The notes below the pieces were generated by a model. The model searched no databases. It worked only from the letters and a program-made list of their open reading frames with translations, and had not been told where the DNA came from. A stretch of DNA of 64,000 nucleotides from Eledone cirrhosa (taxonomy: Eukaryota): positions 99,634,001-99,698,000 of the forward strand of contig OZ024744.1 in assembly GCA_964016885.1 (NCBI GenBank). Reading direction: 5' to 3'. Made by a program: the position numbers and the translations under genes. Below, in pieces: positions 12,015 to 26,066 of the stretch; within the stretch, counting starts at the first letter, position 1; the number at the start of each line of letters is the position of its first letter.

Positions 12015-13078
12015 AATGTGGTTGGCATTAGGAAGGACATCCAGCTGTAGAAGCCAAGCTAGAAACAGTTCTGTATGAGCAAGAAAATGTGGTTGGTATT
12101 AGGAAGGACATCCAGCTGTAGAAGCCAAGCTAGAAACAGTTCTGTATAAGCAAGAAAATGTGGTTGGTATTAGGAAGGACATCCAGCTGTAGAAGCCAAG
12201 CTAGAAACAGTTCTGTATAAGCAAGAAAATGTGGTTGGTATTAGGAAGGACATCCAGCTGTAGAAGCCAAGCTAGAAACAGTTCTGTATAAGCAAGAGAA
12301 TGTGGTTGGCATTAGGAAGGACATCCAGCTGTAGAAGCCAAGCCAGAAACAGTTCTGTATAAGCAAGAAAATGTGGTTGGTATTAGGAAGGACATCCAGC
12401 TGTAGAAGCCAAGCTAGAAACAGTTCTGTATAAGCAAGAAAATGTGGTTGGTATTAGGAAGGGCATCCAGCTGTAGAAACCAAGCCAGAAACAGTTCTGT
12501 ATAAGCAAGAAAATGTGGTTGGTATTAGGAAGGGCATCCAGCTGTAGAAACCAAGCCAGAAACAGTTCTGTATAAGCAAGAAAATGTGGTTGGTATTAGG
12601 AAGGGCATCCAGCTGTAGAAACCAAGCTAGAAACAGTTCTGTATAAGCAAGAAAATGTGGTTGGTATTAGGAAGGACATCCAGCTGTAGAAGCCAAGCTA
12701 GAAACAGTTCTGTATAAGCAAGAAAATGTGGTTGGTATTAGGAAGGGCATCCAGCTGTAGAAACCAAGCTAGAAACAGTTCTGTATAAGCAAGAAAATGT
12801 GGTTGGTATTAGGAAGGGCATCCAGCTGTAGAAACCAAGCTAGAAACAGTTCTGTATAAGCAAGAAAATGTGGTTGGTATTAGGAAGGACATCCAGCTGT
12901 AGAAGCCAAGCTAGAAACAGTTCTGTATAAGCAAGAAAATGTGGTTGGTATTAGGAAGGGCATCCAGCTGTAGAAACCAAGCTAGAAACAGTTCTGTATA
13001 AGCAAGAAAATGTGGTTGGTATTAGGAAGGACATCCAGCTGTAGAAGCCAAGCCAGAAACAGTTCTGTATGAGCAAGA
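12015..13078. repeat. 71-bp minisatellite, about 15 copies
   Basis: Unit AATGTGGTTGGTATTAGGAAGGACATCCAGCTGTAGAAGCCAAGCTAGAAACAGTTCTGTATAAGCAAGAA. Confidence 0.95.
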
Positions 13079-14475
13079 CATGGTCATCTGATCTGGCATT
13101 TCTCACAACAGGGCAACTCGTCTAATCCATGCTAGCTTTGAAAAATGGATGTTAAATGGTTATGATGATGTATATACATACAGGCATGGAAATTTTTATT
13201 TGTACATGCATTGTGAATTTCATTGTAGTGATAAGAAATTTAAGTCATTCAAAGATGGATTTGTCTACAGCAGTGTTTCCCAACCTTTTCTTTTAACCAG
13301 CGCCACCTTTGGGGAGAAACTTTTTTTGTCAACGCCTAACCCTAAACCCCCACGGCAACCTTAACCCAACCCCCTCCCATCAAATTAAATTTTGAATATT
13401 ATACTGAATTATCTTTTGTAGCAAAATAACACTTAAGTATTAGTGCAAAAGTTATTTTAATGTTGTTTTTATTTCTATTATAAATGCCAATGATTAAAAT
13501 GTTAAAAGACAAGGAAATTCTTATTTGTACATGCATTGATAGAGATCTATGGACATATAAATATATAAATTCAATCAAATACACAATATTTCTTATTGGA
13601 AACAGAAATAATGATTTAAACCAACTATATCCGGCCAGAATTCTCTCACCCCTTCCTGCTCAAACCAGTTGTAACTGGCCCCTCATACTGATGTTAAGGT
13701 ATTGTTCTCAAAATAAATAATATCAAAATCTCATAGATTTGATATTATGTAAGATAAAGCCTTTACCATGAAAATATAATAGTAATGAAAATATAGAGTA
13801 ATATTAAATGGTGAAATGAAAAAAAAATTTTTTAAATAAATTAGAAAACTATCAGTATACATTATAAAAACAAAAAATACATAGTAAATAATAATTTTTA
13901 GCAAGGAACATAATCAGGAAGACACTGTAACAATATTGATTATTTAGACAAATAGTTTTAAAATGAAGAAAGAACAGTAAATAGAATGCGAAACCTACTA
14001 AGAAGAAAATATTTTAACTTTTGAACCAGATTAACTAATACGGTAATATCTACACATACTACACACATATATATTTTTATATGTATATATTTTAATATCT
14101 TTTTCTAACAACTGTATTTCTTGGTGTCAAAGACGTTACTTTTTTTCCTAAAATAATCTCAAAAATCTACCATGTGTCCTGGAAGCTCAAGGATGTTTGT
14201 TATTTTTTTTCAAAGTTTTGGTTGTCAAAATTAGGGTGCGTCTTCGGGGCCGGGAAATACGGTATATATGTATATATATATATATATATACCTGCCACTA
14301 CGTACTCTTTACGTACTCTTACAACTTGATTAACAAACCTCTTATACCTATATAAAGAAAAGTAATAGCAAAATTCTAAATAAATAAACTGTTCATAAAA
14401 CCATTCACTGTAATCTAATGACCTAGTAATAATAACAAGTTAATACAAAGTTTTTTAAAAAAATGTCATCTACAT

Positions 14476-14683
14476 CAATCATGTCAAATGTGCGGCCCAC
14501 ACAAGGATTTTTATAGCATGGTCATGTTTTATCTTCGTAAAATTAGATTGTAATGTACGCAATTAGTTGTCGTGTGTGGCCCTCAGACAACACTTATGTG
14601 ACCCATGTGGCCCTCAGGGGACCTTCAAACAAAACATATGTGACTCATGTGGCCCTCAGCGAGCCTTCAGTTTGACATGCCTG
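14476..14683. mobile_element. hAT-type MITE
   Basis: Ends CAATCATGTCAAA / TTTGACATGCCTG, 8-bp TSD ATCTACAT. Related copies about 27410-27576 and 55032-55216. Confidence 0.8.
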
Positions 14684-15200
14684 ATCTACATAACATGCAT
14701 TTAAATCTTATTGCTAACTTTTATACTAAATATTTTTTTATGTTTTCTTTATATTCTCTAAAACCTTGTGAGGTTAAACCTCATTTATGTCTTATTTATT
14801 CTATGTAGTAGTTTATTGTTAATTTCCAGTTGTTCTACAAATGAATGTGACATTATAACCACATTGAAACGGGTGAAGAAATGAAGGAATAAATATAATT
14901 TTATATCCTTGATTTTTTTCTAATATTGGGTGTGTGTATACATAGACATACATACACATATATATATATATATATATATATTAGAGAGAGAGTGTATCTT
15001 GTACATATCACTAAAGGGTCGATAAGCATCATTCCCTTGGGATATACACAAACTCAAGCAACTTATGCATAAGAGCCTGACCATATATATATATACATAA
15101 AGCCCCCAGCCCACACTATAAAGTGGTCATGACAGCAACACAACAGCAAGTGCCCAGTCCACACTGTAAAGTGGTCTTATAGGTATCACAACGGTTCACA

Positions 15201-18200
15201 CTTTTCAACAATATCTTGTTAATGTGGTTTCATGTGGTACAGGATGTTAACAGTTAATGTGATACAGTCATAGTACTGTTTTGTACTTTTCAACAGTGTC
15301 TTGTTAATGTGGTTTCATGTGGTACAGGACGTTAACAGTTAATGTGATACAGTCATAGTACTGTTTTGTACTTTTCAACAATGTCTTGTTAATGTGGTTT
15401 CATGTGGTACAGGATGTTAACAGTAAATGTGATACAGTCATAGTACTGTTTTGTACTTTTCAACAGTGTCTTGTTAATGTGGTTTCATGTGGTACAGGAT
15501 GTTAACAGTTAATGTGATACAGTCATAGTACTGTTTTGTACTTTTCAACAGTGTCTTGTTAATGTGGTTTCATGTGGTACAGGATGTTAACAGTTAATGT
15601 GATACAGTCATAGTACTGTTTTGTACTTTTCAACAGTGTCTTGTTAATGTGGTTTCATGTGGTACAGGATGTTAACAGTTAATGTGATACAGTCATAGTA
15701 CTGTTTTGTACTTTTCAACAATGTCTTGTTAATGTGGTTTCATGTGGTACAGGATGTTAAGAGTTAATGTGATACAGTCATAGTACTGTTTTGTACTTTT
15801 CAACAATGTCTTGTTAACGTGGTTTCATGTGGTACAGGATGTTAACAGTAAATGTGATACAGTCATAGTACTGTTTTGTACTTTTCAACAGTGTCTTGTT
15901 AATGTGGTTTCATGTGGTACAGGATGTTAACAGTTAATGTGATACAGTCATAGTACTGTTTTGTACTTTTCAACAATGTCTTGTTAATGTGGTTTCATGT
16001 GGTACAGGATGTTAACAGTTAATGTGATACAGTCATAGTACTGTTTTGTACTTTTCAACAATGTCTTGTTAATGTGGTTTCATGTGGTACAGGATGTTAA
16101 CAGTTAATGTGATACAGTCATAGTACTGTTTTGTACTTTTCAACAATGTCTTGTTAATGTGGTTTCATGTGGTACAGGATGTTAACAGTTAATGTGATAC
16201 AGTCATAGTACTGTTTTGTACTTTTCAACAATGTCTTGTTAATGTGGTTTCATGTGGTACAGGATGTTAACAGTTAATGTGATACAGTCATAGTACTGTT
16301 TTGTACTTTTCAACAATGTCTTGTTAATGTGGTTTCATGTGGTACAGGATGTTAACAGTTAATGTGATACAGTCATAGTACTGTTTTGTACTTTTCAACA
16401 ATGTCTTGTTAATGTGGTTTCATGTGGTACAGGATGTTAACAGTTAATGTGATACAGTCATAGTACTGTTTTGTACTTTTCAACAATGTCTTGTTAATGT
16501 GGTTTCATGTGGTACAGGATGTTAACAGTTAATGTGATACAGTCATAGTACTGTTTTGTACTTTTCAACAGTGTCTTGTTAATGTGGTTTCATGTGGTAC
16601 AGGATGTTAACAGTTAATGTGATACAGTCATAGTACTGTTTTGTACTTTTCAACAATGTCTTGTTAATGTGGTTTCATGTGGTACAGGATGTTAAGAGTT
16701 AATGTGATACAGTCATAGTACTGTTTTGTACTTTTCAACAATGTCTTGTTAACGTGGTTTCATGTGGTACAGGATGTTAACAGTAAATGTGATACAGTCA
16801 TAGTACTGTTTTGTACTTTTCAACAGTGTCTTGTTAATGTGGTTTCATGTGGTACAGGATGTTAACAGTTAATGTGATACAGTCATAGTACTGTTTTGTA
16901 CTTTTCAACAATGTCTTGTTAATGTGGTTTCATGTGGTACAGGATGTTAACAGTTAATGTGATACAGTCATAGTACTGTTTTGTACTTTTCAACAGTGTC
17001 TTGTTAATGTGGTTTCATGTGGTACAGGATGTTAACAGTTAATGTGATACAGTCATAGTACTGTTTTGTACTTTTCAACAATGTCTTGTTAATGTGGTTT
17101 CATGTGGTACAGGATGTTAACAGTTAATGTGATACAGTCATAGTACTGTTTTGTACTTTTCAACAGTGTCTTGTTAATGTGGTTTCATGTGGTACAGGAT
17201 GTTAAGAGTTAATGTGATACAGTCATAGTACTGTTTTGTACTTTTCAACAGTGTCTTGTTAATGTGGTTTCATGTGGTACAGGATGTTAAGAGTTAATGT
17301 GATACAGTCATAGTACTGTTTTGTACTTTTCAACAATGTCTTGTTAATGTGGTTTCATGCGGTACAGGATGTTAACAGTTAATGTGATACAGTCATAGTA
17401 CTGTTTTGTACTTTTCAACAGTGTCTTGTTAATGTGGTTTCATGTGGTACAGGACGTTAACAGTTAATGTGATACAGTCATAGTACTGTTTTGTACTTTT
17501 CAACAGTGTCTTGTTAATGTGGTTTCATGTGGTACAGGATGTTAAGAGTTAATGTGATACAGTCATAGTACTGTTTTGTACATTTCAACAATGTCTTGTT
17601 AATGTGGTTTCATGTGGTACAGGATGTTAAGAGTTAATGTGATACAGTCATAGTACTGCTTTGTACTTTTCAACAATGTCTTGTTAATGTGGTTTCATGT
17701 GGTACAGGATGTTAAGAGTTAATGTGATACAGTCATAGTACTGTTTTGTACATTTCAACAATGTCTTGTTAATGTGGTTTCATGTGGTACAGGATGTTAA
17801 GAGTTAATGTGATACAGTCATAGTACTGTTTTGTACTTTTCAACAATGTCTTGCTAATGTGGTTTCATGTGGTACAGGATGTTAACAGTTAATGTGATAC
17901 AGTCATAGTACTGTTTTGTACTTTTCAACAATGTCTTGTTAATGTGGTTTCATGTGGTACAGGATGTTAAGAGTTAATGTGATACAGTCATAGTACTGTT
18001 TTGTACTTTTCAACAATGTCTTGTTAATGTGGTTTCATGTGGTACAGGATGTTAAGAGTTAATGTGATACAGTCATAGTACTGTTTTGTACATTTCAACA
18101 GTGTCTTGTTAATGTGGTTTCATGTGGTACAGGATGTTAAGAGTTAATGTGATACAGTCATAGTACTGCTTTGTACTTTTCAACAATGTCTTGTTAATGT

Positions 18201-19147
18201 GGTTTCATGTGGTACAGGATGTTAAGAGTTAATGTGATACAGTCATAGTACTGTTTTGTACATTTCAACAATGTCTTGTTAATGTGGTTTCATGTGGTAC
18301 AGGATGTTAAGAGTTAATGTGATACAGTCATAGTACTGTTTTGTACATTTCAACAATGTCTTGTTAATGTGGTTTCATGTGGTACAGGATGTTAAGAGTT
18401 AATGTGATACAGTCATAGTACTGTTTTGTACATTTCAACAATGTCTTGTTAATGTGGTTTCATGTGGTACAGGATGTTAAGAGTTAATGTGATACAGTCA
18501 TAGTACTGTTTTGTACATTTCAACAATGTCTTGTTAATGTGGTTTCATGTGGTACAGGATGTTAAGAGTTAATGTGATACAGTCATAGTACTGTTTTGTA
18601 CTTTTCAACAATGTCTTGTTAATGTGGTTTCATGTGGTACAGGATGTTAAGAGTTAATGTGATACAGTCATAGTACTGTTTTGTACATTTCAACAATGTC
18701 TTGTTAATGTGGGTTCATGTGGTACAGGATGTTAAGAGTTAATGTGATACAGTCATAGTACTGTTTTGTACTTTTCAACAATGTCTTGTTAATGTGGTTT
18801 CATGTGGTACAGGATGTTAAGAGTTAATGTGATACAGTCATAGTACTGTTTTGTACATTTCAACAATGTCTTGTTAATGTGGTTTCATGTGGTACAGGAT
18901 GTTAAGAGTTAATGTGATACAGTCATAGTACTGTTTTGTACTTTTCAACAATGTCTTGTTAATGTGGTTTCATGTGGTACAGGATGTTAAGAGTTAATGT
19001 GATACAGTCATAGTACTGTTTTGTACATTTCAACAATGTCTTGTTAATGTGGGTTCATGTGGTACAGGATGTTAAGAGTTAATGTGATACAGTCATAGTA
19101 CTGTTTTGTACATTTCAACAATGTCTTGTTATTGTGGTTCCATGTTA
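15201..19147. repeat. 85-bp tandem satellite, about 46 copies
   Basis: Unit CTTTTCAACAATGTCTTGTTAATGTGGTTTCATGTGGTACAGGATGTTAACAGTTAATGTGATACAGTCATAGTACTGTTTTGTA. Period counted as 85. Confidence 0.97.
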
Positions 19148-19196
19148 AGAATTACTAATATACTCGTTTTTTATATTGCAGCTTTAAACAACAACA

Positions 19197-19324
19197 ATGC
19201 CATTGGAAAATGGATGGTTTCGAGAAGAATGTGATCTTTGGGCTGGTTATAGCATGTCTCTTGAAGTAGATAAAGTGCTCTACCATCAGAAATCTAAATT
19301 CCAAGATATTTTGGTATTTAAGAG
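19197..19324 (+). CDS. SRM: Spermidine synthase-like, coding exon 1 ([42 protein letters not shown])
   Basis: ATG at 19197 preceded by an acceptor ttgcAG (19180-81). The translation matches the N-terminus of eukaryotic spermidine synthase (GWFRE..LWPG..SL.V...S.YQDILVF). Donor GTATGT at 19325, phase 2. Confidence 0.95.
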
Positions 19325-20561
19325 GTATGTTTTATGACTTAACCCTTTCACCACCAAACAGCATGAAGCCACCATGAATTTATGACAAAACTGCTCATTT
19401 TAAAATGTTTATCCTTATGTTAACCCTTTACCATTTACATTACTCTATATATACTATTGTATTTTCGTAATAAAGGCTTTATCTCATATAATTATCTCAC
19501 ATAATATCGAAGCTATGAGATTTTGATATTATTTATTTTAAGAACAATACCTGAATGTTGGTATGAGTGGCCAGTTATGGCTGGTTTGAACAGAAAGGGG
19601 TGAGAGAATTCTGGCTGGAAATGGGTGGTTTAAAGGCTAAAACCCTCCATTGTATTGAATTCTTCCAAATTTTTGGTTATTTTCAAAATTGATTGAAACA
19701 CCAGCTTGCTCATTCGGTATGGAGAATGCTAACTGCCATTGGAATGACAGGAAGAGAGAAAGCTGCAGTTTCAGGATGGGGGAGGCTACAGAAAGGTCCT
19801 CTTGTTGGCTATGGAGCAGGAGAGAGCCAGACAAAAATTTGATCACAATTGCTGACCCACCGAGTGGGTGTTATAGTTGAGGGTTGAAACACCCAATGAA
19901 CATTAGATACAGTCTTCAACAATTTTCTATATTGGAAGGGACATAAGGGGATAGGATATAATGTGGTAATGGCAAATTAATGCTACAGGAATCAGTTAGT
20001 CGAACTCCCACTGTCATCGCCTCCATCTCTCTATATGTTGAGCAAATGGGGTCCCACCTCTCTCACCTCTTTCTGTTAAGGTATTGGTCTCCAAATAAAT
20101 AATATCAAAGTCCCATAGATTTGATATTATGTGAGATAAAGCTTTTACTACAAAAATGCAATAGTAAATATAGAGCAATGTTAAAGGGTTAAAAGTTTGC
20201 TTACTTGAAAACTCGCTTGCCGTTTCATAACATACTTACTTATCATCATAACTACTAAGGAGTGTAGCTTCTAATTTGAATAGAAAAAGATGGGTAATGT
20301 GTTGGTGAAATGGTAGCACAGTGGTCTGGATAACCAAAGATGTAGGTTCGACTCCCATGTATGTCAATATTCATCTTTTTCCATTTCTTAGAAGGTTCTA
20401 AACCCCACTATCAGGCTAAAATTTCTTTTGTCAAAAATACGGCGAAAGCTGCTATTTCTATTTTCAAACTTGCTCCCTGTTTCAAAACATACTTGTCATA
20501 AAAATTGAATTTTGACTGTATAATTTCTTTCTCATAATTTGATGTTTTTTGTCTTTAAAAG

Positions 20562-20682
20562 CAAGAGGTTTGGCAATGTTCTGGTCTTGGATGGGCTTGT
20601 TCAGTGTTCTGAAAAAGATGAATTTGCTTATCAGGAAATGATTGCAAATATTCCACTATATTCACATCCATCTCCAGAAAAT
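20562..20682 (+). CDS. SRM: Spermidine synthase-like, coding exon 2 ([41 protein letters not shown])
   Basis: aaAG acceptor, GTAAGT donor, 121 nt, frame continuous with exon 1. [18 protein letters not shown] motif. Confidence 0.96.
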
Positions 20683-22709
20683 GTAAGTAAATATATAATA
20701 TATATATAAATGTAAAGTGGTTGTGTAGGTGTCGTGACAAAAAGCACCCAGCCCACACTGTAAAGTGGTCATGAAAGGAATCTTTACTAGTGGACAGATG
20801 GAAAATTTTAAGTATTAGAGAAAAGACTTCAATATTTAATATGATGGGTGAAGAAGTGCCAGGAAATGCCAGTTGAAGGAAGACGTGGTAGAGGTAGACC
20901 ACGAAAAACATGGTCGGAGGTGGTGAGAACAGACCTCAGATCATTGAAGCTCACGGTGGAGATGACGAGGGACCGTGACGAGTGGAGAGATGCTGTGCTG
21001 AATAAGACCCATCCCATCCTTGCAAGCAGGGAAAAGCGGACGTAAAATGATGATGATGATGATGATAGGGCGGTGGATTAGCAGTATTGGTGGAGCGTTG
21101 GACAACATGCTATATGGCATAGTGTTACGGCCCTTTATGAGTTCAAATCCTGCTGAGGTTAGCTTTGCCTTTCATCCTTACAGGGTCGATAAAATAAGGT
21201 ACCAGTAATTGATTTAATTGACTTTCCTCTTCCCCAAAAAATTGTTGGCCTTGTACCTAAATTAGAAACCAATATTTAATGTGATGCAGTCATAGTATTG
21301 GTTTGTAATTTTCAAGAATGTCTTGTTAATGGGGTAAGAACTAGTGGACAGATGGAAAATTTTAAGTATTAAGTAAAAACTTTAATATTTAATATGATGC
21401 AGTGACACTGTTGGTTTGTACTTTTCAAGAATGTCTTGCTAAGGTGGTAAGAGTTAAAAGTTAAAAAATACTGTGAAGCACATAACATAAGGCATTACTA
21501 GTGATTGATAATAAATACTCCGGGCCACACATAGAATATTGACACCTTTTACCGTAGATCTGCATTTATGTATATAGTGTAAGATTGTTAAAAAGCAAAA
21601 AACTAGCCTTTACAATCTGAGTTGAAATCCTTCCACAGTCAACTTTACATTTCATCCTTCTGTGCATTTAAACTGGCCATATCTGGCTAGAATTCACTCA
21701 TCTTTTTCTCTTCAAACTGGCCATAACCAGCTGCTCATACTGATGTTAAGGTATTAAGGTATTGTTCTCAAAATAAATAATATCAAAATCTCAAAGATTC
21801 GATATTATGTGAGGTAAAGCCTTTACCATGAAAATGTAATAGTAAATATAGAGTAATGTAAATGTTAAAGGGTTAAAATTGCTGGCCTCCTTGTGTCTAA
21901 TTTACCTGCTGGTACAGGTTGTATGTAAATGATCCATGCAATACTGCTTCTGATCTGGCATTTTTGGGATCATGTGTTATGCTAAATAAAAATGTTACTG
22001 CTGTTGATATGTATGCATGGTCCTGTAACTCCTAATGGAGTCGTAGGGGGCGGTGTATTGACATGCTGTAGCGTTTCTTAGTCATTTTGAAACCTGGCGG
22101 AGGCCCATCCCCTCTCAAGGTCTGAACACAGCAGATTTCTTCCTGAAAAGGATAGAAGGTGAGAGAAAGGAAATGAGTAAGGGATACCAGAGGAAGAATT
22201 GACCCCAGTACTAGAATGGTACTTTTTTGTATCGACCTCGAAAGGATGAAAGGCAAAGTTGACCTCAGGCTCCAACATTACCTCAGTCAAACTACAGAAG
22301 CCAGTAAAACAGTAAACGAAAGCTAAAATGTATATGAGTAAAATAGTAAATAGAACAAGATGAAAATAAAGAGGGGGGGGGGGGGGGGGCGGGGTCACTG
22401 GAGCAAGAAAAGGTGTGATTAAAGTGATTTGCCAATTAAAGGATCTGGTTATTAAACTAACTAAAGAATAAAGTAATGTGAAAGAAAGGGAGTAAGAGAT
22501 ATAGAGGAAGAATTGACCCTAGTACTAGACTGGTACTTTTGTTATCGACCTCAAAAGGATGAAAAGCAAAGTGACAACGGCAGTATTGGTTGTAAATGAG
22601 CCATACAATATCATGTGTTATGCTAAATAAAAAGTTGACTGCTGTTGACATAACAGATCTTGCTAAAAGAAATAATTGTTTCTACTATTGGCACAAGGCC
22701 AGCAATTAC

Positions 22710-23030
22710 CCAGTACATTACTGGTACTTTATTTTATCGACCCCGTAAGGATGAAAGGCAAAGTTAACCTCGGCGGGATTTGAACTCATTATCCAGTGTA
22801 TTACTGGTACTTTATTTTATCGACCCCGTAAGGATGAAAGGCAAAGTTAACCTCGGCGGGATTTGAACTCATTATCCAGTGTATTACTGGTACTTTATTT
22901 TATCGACCCCGTAAGGATGAAAGGCAAAGTTAACCTCGGCGGGATTTGAACTCATTATCCAGTGTATTACTGGTACTTTATTTTATCGACCCCGTAAGGA
23001 TGAAAGGCAAAGTTAACCTCGGCGGGATTT
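22710..23030. repeat. Tandem array of about 4 x 83 bp of SINE family B internal segment
   Basis: Repeated CCAGTGTATTACTGGTACTTTATTTTATCGACCCCGTAAGG...GGGATTTGAACTCATTAT. Confidence 0.9.
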
Positions 23031-23044
23031 AAACTTGCTAAAAG

Positions 23045-23520
23045 AAATAATAATAATAATAATGAAATTATTGTGTACAGTGCTCAGGTACACTACAACT
23101 CATCAAAGGTGCATGTATAGTACATAGAATAATATAAAAATGTCAGGAAAGTGAACAGTGTACAGGTCATGGAATACAGGTGTAGTGTTGACAAATTTCA
23201 GGAAGCATGGAGGTTTTAAAGGATGCAGTGTCTCGACAGCTAACAACTGATGCTGGTAGCTTGTTCCATGCTTCAGCAACTCTGAGCGTGAAAAAATGTT
23301 TCCGAAAGTCGTGGGAGCTGTGCTGTTTTCTGACTTTGTGGGCATGTCTACAGGTTTTAGATATATGGAGATCAAAAAGGTGCTCAGGGTTGTTGTTGGC
23401 AAGACGGTTAATAATTTTGTGGGTGTTTACCAAGTCAGTTGCGAGGCGTTCACAGTATGGTAGATGTCTGATGGAGGGTATGCGCTTGGTTGCACAGTCT
23501 CTGAACAGTTTCCAGGAGGT
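23045..23520 (-). mobile_element. CR1-clade LINE 3' fragment
   Basis: LETVQR..ATKRIP.....PY.ERL...FFTLRVAEAWNKLP..VV, plus 3' UTR and (TTA)n tail. Confidence 0.85.
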
Positions 23521-23555
23521 CAATGTATATAATATTGTTATTCTTGTACTTGTAG

Positions 23556-23714
<159 letters not shown>

Positions 23715-24724
23715 TAAATATCTTATTATAATTCTTGGTGTGTTTTGTCCATTCATTCATACATTACGCTTTAGTTATATACACACAGATCTACACGTAA
23801 ATACATAAACAGATACACAGACAACAGAGGTGCAAACATACACATACACACACACAGATCTGCTCACACATATTCATAAATACAAAATAATTATTACATA
23901 CACGCACATCTATGTAATGATTGAGGATGGAAGGGACTGGTGAAACGCTATAGCGATGAGCGTTCCAAGATTAGCTACACTTGTGTGAGTGTATGTGTGC
24001 ATTTCTGTGCGTTTGTGTGAGTGTATGTGTGTGTATTTTGTGTGAGTATGTGTGTGCATTTATATTTATATACTCATACATACAAATGTATACATATACA
24101 TTTACACACATTCACACACAATTGTAATGAATTGTGTGTATGTGTACAGAGACGTGATGAAATGAATGAAGAATAGAGACATATCATTTTAGAGCAAGAT
24201 AGACTAAGACAACAAGAGAGAAGAGATAATATACAGCTAGACGAACGTCTCTTGAATAGCTCCTCTTGTTTCATCCATGAAATTTCCATGGGTCCCGCTA
24301 GTTTCAGCATAATGGGACACAGACAGAGTTTCTGGTTGATTCCCACTGTTGGTCAACATGAAGTGATTGTTTTTGTATCATAGGCTCACGTTGACCAATT
24401 CTCTGTGAATAAAAATCAGTAGACGAAATGTAGAGAAGGTGAGATATTGGGCAGCCTCAACCAAACTCCTTGCTGTCAGACATGTCAAATAATATAAATA
24501 CAAAGTCTTATGAGTTGGAAATAATTGTTTCTACTTTTGGCACAAGGCCAGCAATTATCCAGTGCATTACTGGTACTTTATTTTATCGACCCCGTAAGGA
24601 TGAAAGGCAAAGTTAACCTCGACGGGATTTGAACTCAGAATAGCAAGGGCCGTAACTCTATACGTCAAAGCATGGCGTCCAACCCTCTACCGATACTGCT
24701 AATTCACCACCTTAAAGTAGAAAT

Positions 24725-25380
24725 AACGATGGGTAGGTGGAGTAGGTGTTATTCTGCTTGAGAAGTGGATAGCTAAAGTAATTGAGGTAGGTAGAATAAA
24801 CGACAGAATTATCAAGCTTAGAATAGTTATAGGTGATAGAATGACAAGTTATCTCCACTTAGATATCACATTCAAGGAGGCTCACTCTAGAACAGACAGA
24901 TGGTTTCTATGAAGACTTCTTACAGATGACTGTGACTTCATCATCTTGGCTGGTGACTTCAGTGGGCATGTTGGAGTGTACAGTGGCTATGGTTATGATT
25001 TAAAAAAATGATATATAGAAATGAAAAGGTATCAAAGCGCTTGGAATTCTGTGATGCAAATGATCCAACCATTTGCAACACTAACTTTAGGAAACTAGCC
25101 GACGATTTGATCACATGTCGATCAGGTGAACATGCAAGCCAGATTAACATACGCTTTAGAAAACAGGATAGACAGATCATTATGAATACTAAGTCTTTTC
25201 CTGAAGAAGAATGTTATACCCAACATAAATTAGTTATTAGTGACATCAGTATAATAGGCTGATGGAATCAGAAATGCAAGACAAATTTGGAGAAGGAGGG
25301 TTTGAAACTCTCTACATGATGCGTATGACACGAGAGAGGAAATATGTATGACCTAGAGGACAACGGTTTGGTGGAATAAT
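24725..25380 (+). mobile_element. Decayed RTE apurinic endonuclease region
   Basis: GGVGVILLEKWIAKVIEV.RINDRIIKLR...AGDF.GHVG...EFC.AND..ICNTNFRK...QHKLVI.D. Confidence 0.75.
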
Positions 25381-25771
25381 ACTGTATATATACATACACA
25401 CATATATATATATATATGTGTGTGTGTGTATCATTTTCATTTCATTTTACGTCCGCTTTTTCCCTGCTTGCAAGAGTGGGACGGGAACTGATTCTGGCTT
25501 GATTTCTACGGCTGGATGCCCTTCCTAACACCAACCTCATTTACAGTGAGTGCTGGGTGCTTTTTTTTTGGCTGTGGCACCTCCACGTTCACTTTGCAGT
25601 GGAATGATAGGGACCCCAGTCCCTATCATCTCATTTCTACAGCTGAGTAAACTGGAGCAATGTGAAATAAAGTGTCTTGTTCAAGGAAACAACACATCAC
25701 CCGGTCTGAGAATTGAACTCACAACCTTTCGATTGCAAGACCAATGCTCTAACCACTAAGCCATGTGCCTC

Positions 25772-25808
<37 letters not shown>

Positions 25809-26066
25809 AGGCATACCAGTAGATATATTACCCATGGTAATATACAGTAATTAGGAGGTATAAATTAAAGAGCAAACGTAAATCATTGTGTTTTTGTTTG
25901 TTTAGAGATTGGTTGGGTTTCTGATACAGTACTTTGGGTTCTAGCTTAAATTTCAAACCCTTCAAAAGTAGGATCCATGTAGTAGTCGGGGCCCATAAAT
26001 TTAACCTTGAAAAATGGTCTTAAAAATTTGACTTTTAAACGAGTATATATATGTGTATATATAGTA

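Noticed and set aside
15201-19147. CRISPR-like array
   Set aside because: Units are contiguous near-identical tandem repeats with no unique spacers, there are no cas genes, and the context is eukaryotic. The same applies to 12015-13078.
23921-23960. TTGAGGA...GAAA-CGCTATAGCG hammerhead-like motif
   Set aside because: Core mismatch, no stem II and no UH cleavage site.
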